A stretch of DNA of 64,000 nt from Thermococcus sp. JdFR-02. GTDB taxonomy: Archaea; Methanobacteriota_B; Thermococci; Thermococcales; Thermococcaceae. Shown in pieces: positions 1 to 8,585 of this stretch. The stretch is taken from contig MTLP01000012.1 of NCBI GenBank assembly GCA_002009975.1, positions 32,001 to 96,000 of the forward strand, read 5' to 3'. The notes under the pieces are model-generated. The model did not search any database. It was not told the DNA's origin and saw nothing but the letters and a program-made list of their open reading frames with translations. Within the stretch, counting starts at the first letter, position 1. Each line of letters starts with the position of its first letter. The position numbers and the translations under genes were made by a program.

Positions 1-1
1 T

Positions 2-508
2 GAAGTTTTAAACAAAGGTGGTTTGGGTGATGTTATTGCTCAAATTCATGGAGGGATAGAGATCAGAGTAAAACCCGGCGCACCCGGGATTGGAGTTGTT
101 GATAATATCTTTTCTGAAAATTATAGAGTTTTAACAGTTCCCTTTGGAAGATTAAGCACAAGGAAAGTTCTGGATAGTGATGTTGTAAAGCTAATTGAGA
201 TTGAAGGGAAAAAAGCATTGGAAAAGCTTCTGGAAAAGCCAAACATTGAAAACCTAATGAAGTTAGCAAGAAGTTTTGCAGAGAGAACTGGACTTTTGAG
301 TGGAGATCTCCTAGAGATTGCAAGAGAGCTCGACAAAAGTTTAAAGCTTCCAGCTTCTATGATTATGCTTGGCAAAAGCCTCTTTGCATTTTTGAAAGAT
401 GAGGAGGTAGAAATGGTTCAGAAAACACTAGAAGAGCTTTCAATTCAAAACTATCAAATTTGTGGAATTTGGGAGGAAAAACCAAAAGTTGAAAGATGGA
501 TTGGATAA
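2..508 (+). CDS. Pantoate kinase (GHMP kinase family), 5'-truncated by the window edge
   Basis: Frame is open from base 2. EVLNKGGLGDVIAQ..GGIEIRVKPGAPG and ASMIMLGKSLF are typical of the archaeal pantoate kinase C-terminal half. Confidence 0.8.
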   Translation, partial: EVLNKGGLGDVIAQIHGGIEIRVKPGAPGIGVVDNIFSENYRVLTVPFGRLSTRKVLDSDVVKLIEIEGKKALEKLLEKPNIENLMKLARSFAERTGLLSGDLLEIARELDKSLKLPASMIMLGKSLFAFLKDEEVEMVQKTLEELSIQNYQICGIWEEKPKVERWIG

Positions 509-550
509 TTGTCTATAAGATAAAGATTAATAGAAAAAGTTTATATCACA

Positions 551-578
551 TAACGTTTAAACACAAATTGGAACGTTA
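551..578. promoter_or_regulatory. Inverted repeat, candidate operator of the ArsR-DUF211-ArsR operon
   Basis: TAACGTT (551-557) and AACGTTA (572-578) lie just downstream of the TATA-like TTTATA (540-545) and upstream of the RBS GGTGAG. Confidence 0.4.
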
Positions 579-594
579 AAATTAGGTGAGGGAA

Positions 595-1173
595 ATGACC
601 AAAAAAGTTAGGGTGATTACAGATCCCAAGGTTATAAAACTTATGCTTGAAGACACGAGGAGACAGATACTTCAACTTTTAAGAAATAAGGAGATGACAA
701 TCTCCCAACTTTCCGAAATCCTTGGAAAAACGCCACAAACAATCTACCATCACATTGAAAAGCTCAAAGAAGCTGGACTTGTTGAGGTAAAGAGAACAGA
801 GATGAAGGGGAATTTAGTTGAAAAATACTATGGGAGAACTGCAGACGCCTTTTATATTAACATGTATCTTGGAGATGAAGAGTTAAGATACTTTGCGAGA
901 TCAAGGTTAAAGACAAAGTTGGATATATTTAAAGCTCTTGGATACTCTTTCAACGATGAGGAGCTTTTGGACATAATGGACAAACTTCTCGCAAAGGAGC
1001 ACGAGTATAAAATGGAGATTTCGAAGGAGATAGAAGCAAAGGAAGAATTACTAAAGGACTTCTCAAATGAGGACATAATCCATGCAATAGAATGGTTCTC
1101 AATGGCAAAGTTGGGAAGAGATGACGAAGCTTTAGAGTTATTGAAAAAACTGGGAGAAATACTTAAAAAGTAG
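595..1173 (+). CDS. ArsR-family winged-helix transcription regulator
   Basis: TRRQILQLL..EMTISQLSEILGKTPQTIYHHIEKLKEAGLV HTH. RBS GGTGAG precedes ATG 595 (ORF track start 586). Confidence 0.85.
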   Translation: MTKKVRVITDPKVIKLMLEDTRRQILQLLRNKEMTISQLSEILGKTPQTIYHHIEKLKEAGLVEVKRTEMKGNLVEKYYGRTADAFYINMYLGDEELRYFARSRLKTKLDIFKALGYSFNDEELLDIMDKLLAKEHEYKMEISKEIEAKEELLKDFSNEDIIHAIEWFSMAKLGRDDEALELLKKLGEILKK

Positions 1174-1201
1174 GTTTCCTATGGGCTAAGGGGAAGTAAA
1201 G

Positions 1202-1507
1202 ATGGCAAAAGGTATTAGGTTGTTAGTGTTGGATGTCCTTAAGCCTCATCAACCTATGGTAACCGAACTTGCTTTAGGTTTGAGCGAGTTGAAAGGTGTA
1301 GATGGAGTTAACATAACTTTAGTTGAGATTGATAAAGAGACTGAGAACGTAAAAATAACGATTGTCGGAGATAACTTGGACTATGAGGAAATTGTGAGAA
1401 CGATTGAAGAGTTTGGTGGGGTAGTGCACAGCATAGACATGGTAGCCGCTGGAAAGAAGATCATTGAAGAAAGTGAGACCCCGCAAGACAAATTAGAAGA
1501 GTTTTAG
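1202..1507 (+). CDS. DUF211 family protein
   Basis: IRLLVLDVLKPHQP...GGVVHSIDMVAAG signature. Confidence 0.8.
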   Translation: MAKGIRLLVLDVLKPHQPMVTELALGLSELKGVDGVNITLVEIDKETENVKITIVGDNLDYEEIVRTIEEFGGVVHSIDMVAAGKKIIEESETPQDKLEEF

Positions 1508-1516
1508 TGAGCGATT

Positions 1517-2074
1517 ATGAAAGAGGTTATAATAGTAACAGATCCCAAAAAAGTTAGGGCACTTGCTGATCCTACCCGTTTTAAAATTTTAGAACTTTTA
1601 AGAATGCATCCGATGAGCATAAACGAACTTAGTCAGCTCTTAAATAAAGATAGATCCACAGTTTACAGACATGTGAAAACTTTAGAAAACTCTGGCTTCA
1701 TAGAAGAAATTGCCCAAGAGGGGAATGAAAAGATATATGGAAGAAAAGCGAGAATATTTTTACTTAAGTTTGAAGCTGATGAGACACTAAAAGAATTCAA
1801 GCAGAGATACATGAAAGTTGAAGCCAAAAGGATTTATGAGATCCTTACAAACTCTAAAATAAATGTAAAAGACAAAGAAACCTTCCTGAGGCTTGTTGAA
1901 GAGATTCTGAGAGATATAGAAGAATTCTCAAGACCAATCTTTAAGAAGATTTCAGAGTCAAACGTTGACATTAAAGAAGTTGAACTTTTGCACCTGCTTA
2001 ATCTACTTGTTCTTCTAAATTCTAATGAGCTGTGTGAAAAAGCCAAAGAATTAAGAGAAATCCTAGAATTCTAG
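1517..2074 (+). CDS. ArsR-family transcription regulator, paralog of 595..1173
   Basis: ALADPTRFKILELL..PMSINELSQLLNKDRSTVYRHVKTLE HTH; shares the TDPK and YGR.A motifs with the upstream paralog. Confidence 0.85.
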   Translation: MKEVIIVTDPKKVRALADPTRFKILELLRMHPMSINELSQLLNKDRSTVYRHVKTLENSGFIEEIAQEGNEKIYGRKARIFLLKFEADETLKEFKQRYMKVEAKRIYEILTNSKINVKDKETFLRLVEEILRDIEEFSRPIFKKISESNVDIKEVELLHLLNLLVLLNSNELCEKAKELREILEF

Positions 2075-3505
2075 GACATGCTTAACGACATATGGTATCT
2101 TTTTTGCAACTTCCAAAGCTGTGAAATTTTCTCCCTTCTCTTCTTTAACCATATCGCCAGCGAGTCCATTTAAGAAAGCACCAACACTTGCGGCTCTTAA
2201 GGGACTGTTTCCTAAGGCTAAGAGAGAAACAATTACTCCAGCTAAAACATCACCAGTTCCCCCTGTGGTCATTCCTCTGTTGCCCGTTTTGTTGTACTTC
2301 CACTCTTCTCCATCGCTTATTATATCATAAGCTCCTTTGAGCAAGATTGTGCCGTTGATTTCTCTCGCCTTCTTGGTGACGAGCTTTGCTTTTTCCTCCA
2401 AGCTCCCCTCAGGCTTTTCACCAAAAAGTATTTTAAATTCCCCAGCATGTGGAGTCAAAACAAAAGTTTTACCCCTTAAAACGCTCAAGTCCTCAGCTAC
2501 GGCTTTTAATCCGTCAGCATCAATGACCATTGGCTTCTTGCAGTGCTTAACGAATTCTCTTACAAATTCTTTGGTCTCCCCACTCAATCCAATTCCCATT
2601 CCAATTGCTACGGCATCAGCCTTTTCTGCTAAAGCCAAGACTTCCTCTAGGAGCTCTTTTGAGAAGTTCTTACCCCTAACGGGTCTCAAAATTAAGTCTG
2701 GGTCGTTTATTCTCCTCGCACTTTCTTCAGGCATTGCTAGATAAACAAGATCAACTAAATAGGAAGCAGCTTTTGAAGCTAAATAAGGTGCCCCAAAGTA
2801 GTTCTCGCTTCCTCCGATTATCAAAACTTTGCCATTTTGACCCTTATGCTCTCCCTTTTTCCTTAAAGCAAACTTTGCATCCCCCGGACCGACTAAGTAA
2901 TAGAGCTCCTTTGGATAGCCAATCTTTGCTATTATCCTTTCAAAACCTTCGTATTCCTCTTTGTCCCATTGGAAAGTTACTGCAAAATCGCAATTTACCC
3001 TAACGCTCGAGGGATAGCCGCTCGGCAGATCAACACTAACTATCTTAGCTTTTCCGGCATATTCATTGATTTTCTTAACAGCGCTCCTTATTGGCTCTCT
3101 CGGCTCTCCCTTAGTTCCCGCGCCGAGTAAAGCATCAACTATAACATCAAAACCTTTCAAATCCAGAGCTTTTATTTGACTTGAGTCTTTAAGAACTTTA
3201 ATCTTTACAAAATCGAGCTTCTTGAGAATTTCCCAGTTATGCTTTGCCTCCTCACTTCTGATTTTCACCTCATCGCCGACTAAAAAGAGGGTCACATCGT
3301 TTTCAAAGCTCAAGTGCCTCGCTATTACAAAGCCGTCTCCGCCGTTGTTGCCTGTTCCGCAGAAAATCACCACTTTTAAGTTTTTTCCAAACTTCTCCTC
3401 AATTATCCTCGCCACACCCGCACCGGCATTTTCCATCAATTGAAAAGGTGAAATACTAAGCCACTTAGCGTTTATATCCCAAATGTAAACATCCTCAATT
3501 TTCAT
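2063..3505 (-). CDS. nnr: Bifunctional NAD(P)HX epimerase/dehydratase
   Basis: YjeF_N motifs LMENAG, GNNGGDG and VDLPSG, plus kinase-like HKGQNG, LTPHAGEF and GGTGDVLAG. RBS GGTGGTG precedes ATG 3505. Confidence 0.92.
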   Translation of the reverse strand: MKIEDVYIWDINAKWLSISPFQLMENAGAGVARIIEEKFGKNLKVVIFCGTGNNGGDGFVIARHLSFENDVTLFLVGDEVKIRSEEAKHNWEILKKLDFVKIKVLKDSSQIKALDLKGFDVIVDALLGAGTKGEPREPIRSAVKKINEYAGKAKIVSVDLPSGYPSSVRVNCDFAVTFQWDKEEYEGFERIIAKIGYPKELYYLVGPGDAKFALRKKGEHKGQNGKVLIIGGSENYFGAPYLASKAASYLVDLVYLAMPEESARRINDPDLILRPVRGKNFSKELLEEVLALAEKADAVAIGMGIGLSGETKEFVREFVKHCKKPMVIDADGLKAVAEDLSVLRGKTFVLTPHAGEFKILFGEKPEGSLEEKAKLVTKKAREINGTILLKGAYDIISDGEEWKYNKTGNRGMTTGGTGDVLAGVIVSLLALGNSPLRAASVGAFLNGLAGDMVKEEKGENFTALEVAKKIPYVVKHVLEF

Positions 3506-3562
3506 GAACACCACCGTTAAAAATTTAAAAAAGAAAAGGTTAAAAGATTTAGCCAATGGAAC

Positions 3563-3865
3563 TTAAAGAACAATTCTCTTAAATGATCTGTAGTCCAAAA
3601 ACTTCCCAATAAGTATGAACGCAGAACCCAAGAGAATCATCAGACCAAGCAGGCATAAATTCTTTCGCTTTTTGGAATTATAATTTCGAAAAGTTGCTAC
3701 TGCTGTTAGAAAGCTCAACATTGCTCCAATTCGAAAGTATGCGAATTATATAGTTATTTCGTCTCTGTAGAGAAAGTACACCGCCCTAAATAATGTAGCT
3801 CCTAGACAATAACCCAAGTTCTCCTTTCCTATAATCGAGGCTATTACTATTCCAAAGAAGGTGTT
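3563..3865 (-). pseudogene. Decayed small multi-TM membrane protein gene
   Basis: Hand translation: NTFFGIVIASIIGKENLGYCLGATLFRAVYFLYRDEITI*FAYFRIGAMLSFLTAVATFRNYNSKKRKNLCLLGLMILLGSAFILIGKFLDYRSFKRIVL*. One internal TAA (3746-3748); RBS GGTGA at 3873-3877 has no in-frame start codon after it. Confidence 0.5.
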
Positions 3866-4039
3866 TTAAATATCACCACTTTTTGTCTTTCAGGTCCTTA
3901 GAAAGACCGAGTTCAAGGCAAAGTTATCAACAGTCCCGTCAATATAATATAGTTGAGAACTTTTAAGTTAATGATAAAGTTAGCTAGTCCAAATTACAAG
4001 AAGGAAGAGAAAGTATAGGAAGGCCTTTTTCATGTTTCA

Positions 4040-4939
4040 TCACCTAATTAAAGTTAGATTTTGGAAGATTAAAGTATAATTCATGTTTTCCGAAATTATG
4101 GAAAATCTAACGGGTAGTAAGTCTTCTTTCCTTATGAGAAGCATAATAGTAGAGTTGCTTTCAATTGTAGATAATCTATAAAAATCATGATATTCCTCAA
4201 GAGTCAAGTTTACATTCTTGAAATATGAGAAAATGTTTTGGAGATTAATGTCTTCTATGTGCTCACATGACATGATGTTCGTATGGATATCTTTTTTGTC
4301 ACTATTACTCCCATTGTATAGGATAACTGATGTTCCATTACAAGTCAAAATTTCTCCAGAGGGGATATCCTGAATTTTAAAAAGATTTGGCTTCTTAAAA
4401 AGATATAGATAAACACTAGACTCAGTATTGTTTAGAATGGATGTTGTTTCATGTATTATGGCCTTATATCCCTGAGCTTTTTCAAATTTTACAGTCATTT
4501 GAGTAAGGAGTGTTTTGGAGTTTAAACTTGTTTCATGGATAGATATAACTACTACAATAGCCAGCAAAATAACCCCCATAGCATATATTGCAAGAATCTT
4601 TTTAGGCATCTTGATATGCTTAGAGGATGCGTAATAAAGAAACATTACTCCGTTAAAAATTAAAAGCTTTAAAGAGATATCCTTTAGAGGAAAGCCCAAA
4701 TAGTAGTTACGGGTTAACAAGAGAAAAGAGACTAAAATCAGATATAAAGAAAAATTTTCAGGCTTTTGTTTGATCTCACTAAGGGAATTAAAAAACAGAT
4801 GAAGTAACAATAACGCCGTGATTATTCCAAGAGTTAATGAAAACATGAGGTTGAACTTTTCGATTTTCCTAAAATAAGCGTCAATGGAAAAGAGCAAAAA
4901 ACCAAGAATAACCAGAAAACCTCTAACTTCTTTTTTCAT
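4040..4939 (-). CDS. Membrane protein (about 4-5 TM) with C-terminal LolA-like extracellular domain
   Basis: Hydrophobic N-terminal ~135 aa, then YLYLFKKPNLFKIQDIPSGEILTCNGTSVILYN...MLLIRKEDLLPVRFSII..YTLIFQNL, reminiscent of the LolA/DUF2092 fold. Many N-x-S/T sequons. Confidence 0.65.
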   Translation of the reverse strand: MKKEVRGFLVILGFLLFSIDAYFRKIEKFNLMFSLTLGIITALLLLHLFFNSLSEIKQKPENFSLYLILVSFLLLTRNYYLGFPLKDISLKLLIFNGVMFLYYASSKHIKMPKKILAIYAMGVILLAIVVVISIHETSLNSKTLLTQMTVKFEKAQGYKAIIHETTSILNNTESSVYLYLFKKPNLFKIQDIPSGEILTCNGTSVILYNGSNSDKKDIHTNIMSCEHIEDINLQNIFSYFKNVNLTLEEYHDFYRLSTIESNSTIMLLIRKEDLLPVRFSIISENMNYTLIFQNLTLIR

Positions 4940-5129
4940 TTAACCATCTCCTAAACCATACTCGCGGAGGGATTGTTAGGATAGTGATAACAAGTGTTAT
5001 AACAAAAACCATGTAAGCTGGGACATTTAATCTCCCAGATTTCCATAAGTTACCCACTACAATAAAAATAATAAAATAAAGAGGTATTGAACGCCCAATT
5101 TCTTGTTTAACAATTATATCCATACCCAT
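4923..5129 (-). CDS. 68-aa two-TM protein, candidate immunity protein
   Basis: RBS GGAGGT lies between the upstream stop and the ATG. Two hydrophobic helices and a basic tail; overlaps the next gene by 17 bp. Confidence 0.6.
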   Translation of the reverse strand: MGMDIIVKQEIGRSIPLYFIIFIVVGNLWKSGRLNVPAYMVFVITLVITILTIPPRVWFRRWLNEKRS

Positions 5130-5136
5130 ACCTCCA

Positions 5137-5826
5137 TTAAGAGAAATAACACTGCCCCATACAGTATCCTAAATCAGCCCCTAGACATATTGCACACGCT
5201 AAACATCCAACTCCAGTTGCAATACAAGTGGGACAGATATACACTAAGCAATCTAAACAATATCCTGTTGTACATTCCTGAAGCATACACCCTACAACAC
5301 ATTCCCAAAAGCCATCATCACTAGTTACATGAATTTGGCCATTTTCGGCAGTTGCTATTAACTCAATGTTTCCATTCTTATCAAGAGAATAGAACTCTAT
5401 TTTGCCAACACTATCCCCAGATAATGTCATCGTATACTTAACGGGCTTAATTTTGTTTGAAAGATAAACTACTACTGAAGACACTCTTACTCCTTCTTTG
5501 CTTTTCTCATATCCTATGGGAAATACTGCAAATGTTGCACTCTTTCCAGAAGAGGTTGAAATTTTGTAAACTTTTGCATTTTTTATTAACAGCGAAGGAA
5601 GCAAATTTGTATTTGCAATTAGTTTTTTAAGTTCATGTGAGTTAACTGCACTAGAGAGAAGCACATACTTTTGAATTCCAGTGATTTCTTCTAACCTCAG
5701 CTTTTCTTTAGTATATACACAGGTTTTTGGTTTTGCAATTTGCTGTTCTGCTAGTACTGGAGCTGCAATCATCCCCAAAATCAAGACTAAAACAAATAAC
5801 GAACCTAACATCATTTTTCGATTCAT
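5137..5826 (-). CDS. Secreted precursor with Cys-rich C-terminal peptide (halocin C8-like archaeocin precursor)
   Basis: Signal peptide MNRKMMLGSLFVLVLILGMIAAPVLA, Lys-rich pro-domain, then C-terminal 61 aa with 12 Cys. RBS GAGTGA precedes ATG 5826 (ORF track start 5862). Confidence 0.75.
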   Translation of the reverse strand: MNRKMMLGSLFVLVLILGMIAAPVLAEQQIAKPKTCVYTKEKLRLEEITGIQKYVLLSSAVNSHELKKLIANTNLLPSLLIKNAKVYKISTSSGKSATFAVFPIGYEKSKEGVRVSSVVVYLSNKIKPVKYTMTLSGDSVGKIEFYSLDKNGNIELIATAENGQIHVTSDDGFWECVVGCMLQECTTGYCLDCLVYICPTCIATGVGCLACAICLGADLGYCMGQCYFS

Positions 5827-6285
5827 AGGTAGGTCACTCGATAAACAATAAACAAAAAACAAATAAATATTTTTCGTAAACCAAAAGTTAAAGAAATCAA
5901 TAAGAGTTTGAGTAAATTTTTAATTCAAAGCAATTATTTTTATGTCTTTGAAATACTCAACATCACAATCGATTAAATAACATGTGTTACTGCCCTTAAT
6001 TTGACTTTTATTAGTGCTATTTTTAATTATAATCAATATCAAAAAGCTTGATATTACCTTACCACCCGTATTTTACTGTGATGAAAAGAAGGGGAAAATC
6101 TTAGTCCTGCTTTTTATTTTTGTTATTCTCGTCATAAGCCTTGATTTTAATGATAAAAACCACCAATTCATGTTGGAACTCGAAAAACAGACTCCTCAAA
6201 AATTTGTGCGTTCAACCAAAGTCACCCTTAAAAGAAGCTAAAAGAATTCATATCAAACAATACAATCTTCACAAACCCTCACCTC

Positions 6286-6396
6286 TTAGAGCAATTTCCA
6301 AGTTCTCAATGCAATGATGATAAATAACAGCATTGAAATTAATAGGAAAAGATACGAGTATGCTGTGCTCACCTTGGGAAATAAAATATAGCAGTT
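6286..6396 (-). pseudogene. C-terminal fragment of a membrane protein gene
   Basis: Hand translation NCYILFPKVSTAYSYLFLLISMLLFIIIALRTWKLL*, bounded upstream by an in-frame TAG. It is followed by RBS GAGGTGAGG and a GTG that stops after 11 codons. Confidence 0.35.
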
Positions 6397-6672
6397 CTAT
6401 TGTCTTTAAGAGGAGGATGCTGGATAGACATTAAAATTTACAAAGATGGGGAATCACTTGTGAATTATGAACAGTTCTATGTGCTGTTTCAGATAAGCTC
6501 TACCTGCATGAGCATAGAATCCAAAGATGTGAAGTTTTTGGATGAAAATAAAACACCTTTAGTTTACTATGCATTGTTCTTAACCCAAGAACATCTCAGA
6601 GTTAAACATTTTCGGTAGCACTTCTGGACAAGTGTGTAATTTAATAAACTTTTTTACTCCCTCAATCAACAA

Positions 6673-7245
6673 TTACTCTAAAACTTTCAAAGCCCTCTCA
6701 TAATCCGCCCTTGAATAAAGCACAAGATAAACTTCTTTAACACTCTCAGCTTCCCTTGAAAACTCTTCCACAACTTCAATAAAAGTTTTAACAACCTCTT
6801 CCAGTGGACATCCATAGATGCCGGCACTTATGGCTGGAAATGCAATTGAAGAAATGTTTAGCTCTTCAGCTTTTCTTAATGGCCCGATTAACGCTTTTCT
6901 AAGCTTCTCCTTTAAGCTCCCATTCCATTTTCCACCACAATAAGGCCCAACCGTGTGGATAACGTATTTTATTCCAGAGCGCTCCATGTTTAAAGCGGGT
7001 GTAACAACGACTTCACCGTGCTCAATGTAATTTCTCCCAATCTGCTCTCTCATAGCCTCTTTGCTGATTTTGATGTATTCGTAAGGGTCTCCAGCTGCAG
7101 CTTTAGCAATGGCTAAAGCTACTCCTCCACCGTGCTCCAAATATTTGTTTGCCGCATTAACTATCGCCTCCGCTGGAAACCTAGTTATGTCTCCTTGGGC
7201 GAGCTTAAAAGTTAAATTTCTAAAGGTAAGTTCTTTTAAAATCAT
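6673..7245 (-). CDS. Macrodomain protein (ADP-ribose-binding/hydrolase, AF1521-like)
   Basis: GDIT, AIVNAAN..L.HGGGVALAI, VIHTVGP and FPAISAGIYG. RBS GAGGTGAG precedes ATG 7245. Confidence 0.9.
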   Translation of the reverse strand: MILKELTFRNLTFKLAQGDITRFPAEAIVNAANKYLEHGGGVALAIAKAAAGDPYEYIKISKEAMREQIGRNYIEHGEVVVTPALNMERSGIKYVIHTVGPYCGGKWNGSLKEKLRKALIGPLRKAEELNISSIAFPAISAGIYGCPLEEVVKTFIEVVEEFSREAESVKEVYLVLYSRADYERALKVLE

Positions 7246-7249
7246 ACTC

Positions 7250-8530
7250 TCACCTCGACAACAAATCTTCTGCAACCTCTTGAGCTTTATCCAAAACCCG
7301 CTCCTCATCAAAGCTCAAAACTTCTCTATCAAGCATCAAAATCTTCCCATCGACTATTGTGGTCTCGACATCGCTTCCATTTGCAGAATAAACGATGTGG
7401 CTTATAACATTGTGAATCGGTCTTAGGTGAGGTTTGTTGAAGTCAATTATAATCAAATCTGCTAAAGCACCTTCTCTTATTACTCCAGCATTCAGCTTTA
7501 GTGCTTTTGCCCCATTTTGAGTTGCCATCTTAAAAACAGTTGAAGCATCGGCTATTGTTGGATCAAGGATGTGCACTTTGTGTAAGAGTGCCGCTAGTTT
7601 CATCTCTTCAAGCATGTCCAAGTTGTTGTTGCTTGCAGTTCCATCAGTTGCTAAAGAAACGTTCGCCCCTTCTTTTAAAAGCTCCCTAAGGGGCATTACT
7701 CCACTCGCAAGCTTCATGTTCGAGGCTGGATTGTGTGCTATTGTTGCACCACTTTTTGCAATGATTTCAATATCCCTTTCGTTCAACCAGACGCCATGTG
7801 CAATAATAACATCATCTTTCAAAAACCCAATCTCATCTAAAAGCTCAACTGGACTTTTTCCATATTGGGCTTTTATGTTCTCCACTTCAGTTTTAGTTTC
7901 ACTAACGTGGATTGTTATCATTTTCTTGTACTTATCTGCTAACTCTCTAACCCTTTTCAAAAACTCTGGAGAGCAAGTGTACGGAGCGTGAGGTCCAAAG
8001 AGGAAGTTAATCCTCTCCAAACCAAGCTTTTCGACAAATTCCATAACTCTAAAGGCTTCCATAATCTCTTTTTCCCCTTTTTCTTTATCTCCGAGTTCGA
8101 TCATCCCGTGACTTAGATAAGCCCTTAAGCCACTCTCTTTTACTGCTTTAGCAGTTTCATCCATGAAGAAGTACATGTCAACAAAAGTTGTTGTTCCAGT
8201 CTTTATCATTTCTAAAGCACCTAAAAGAGAACCCCAATAAACATCACTTGCTTTGAGTTTTGCTTCTCTTGGCCAAATATGCTTTTGAAGCCATTCCATA
8301 AGTTCCAAATCATCTGCAACGCCCCTAAAAAGTGTCATGGCTAAATGGGTGTGTGTATTTATAAAACCAGGAGAAACTATTTTTCCGTTAGCATCAATAA
8401 CAACATCAGCACTCTCCTTCAAACCTTTTCCAATTTTTGTTATTTTGTTTTCTTCAATAAAAAGGTCGGCTTTTATAATTTCCAGATTTTCGCCATAGAT
8501 GAGGGTTCCGTTTTTTATTAAGATGCTCAT
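7250..8530 (-). CDS. mtaD: 5'-methylthioadenosine/S-adenosylhomocysteine deaminase (amidohydrolase)
   Basis: PGFINTHTH, PHAPYTCS, IHVSET, HNPASNMKLASG and TDG.ASNN.LD motifs. Confidence 0.82.
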   Translation of the reverse strand: MSILIKNGTLIYGENLEIIKADLFIEENKITKIGKGLKESADVVIDANGKIVSPGFINTHTHLAMTLFRGVADDLELMEWLQKHIWPREAKLKASDVYWGSLLGALEMIKTGTTTFVDMYFFMDETAKAVKESGLRAYLSHGMIELGDKEKGEKEIMEAFRVMEFVEKLGLERINFLFGPHAPYTCSPEFLKRVRELADKYKKMITIHVSETKTEVENIKAQYGKSPVELLDEIGFLKDDVIIAHGVWLNERDIEIIAKSGATIAHNPASNMKLASGVMPLRELLKEGANVSLATDGTASNNNLDMLEEMKLAALLHKVHILDPTIADASTVFKMATQNGAKALKLNAGVIREGALADLIIIDFNKPHLRPIHNVISHIVYSANGSDVETTIVDGKILMLDREVLSFDEERVLDKAQEVAEDLLSR

Positions 8531-8585
8531 CTTTCACCACCAAAGCTAATAAGTTTTTAAGCCTAAATAAAGTTTAGGTGATACT

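Noticed and set aside
6014-6618. Plus-strand ORFs 6014..6241 and 6400..6618
   Set aside because: Non-ATG starts, no clear RBS and no motif; the region reads better as minus-strand debris. They cannot be fully excluded.
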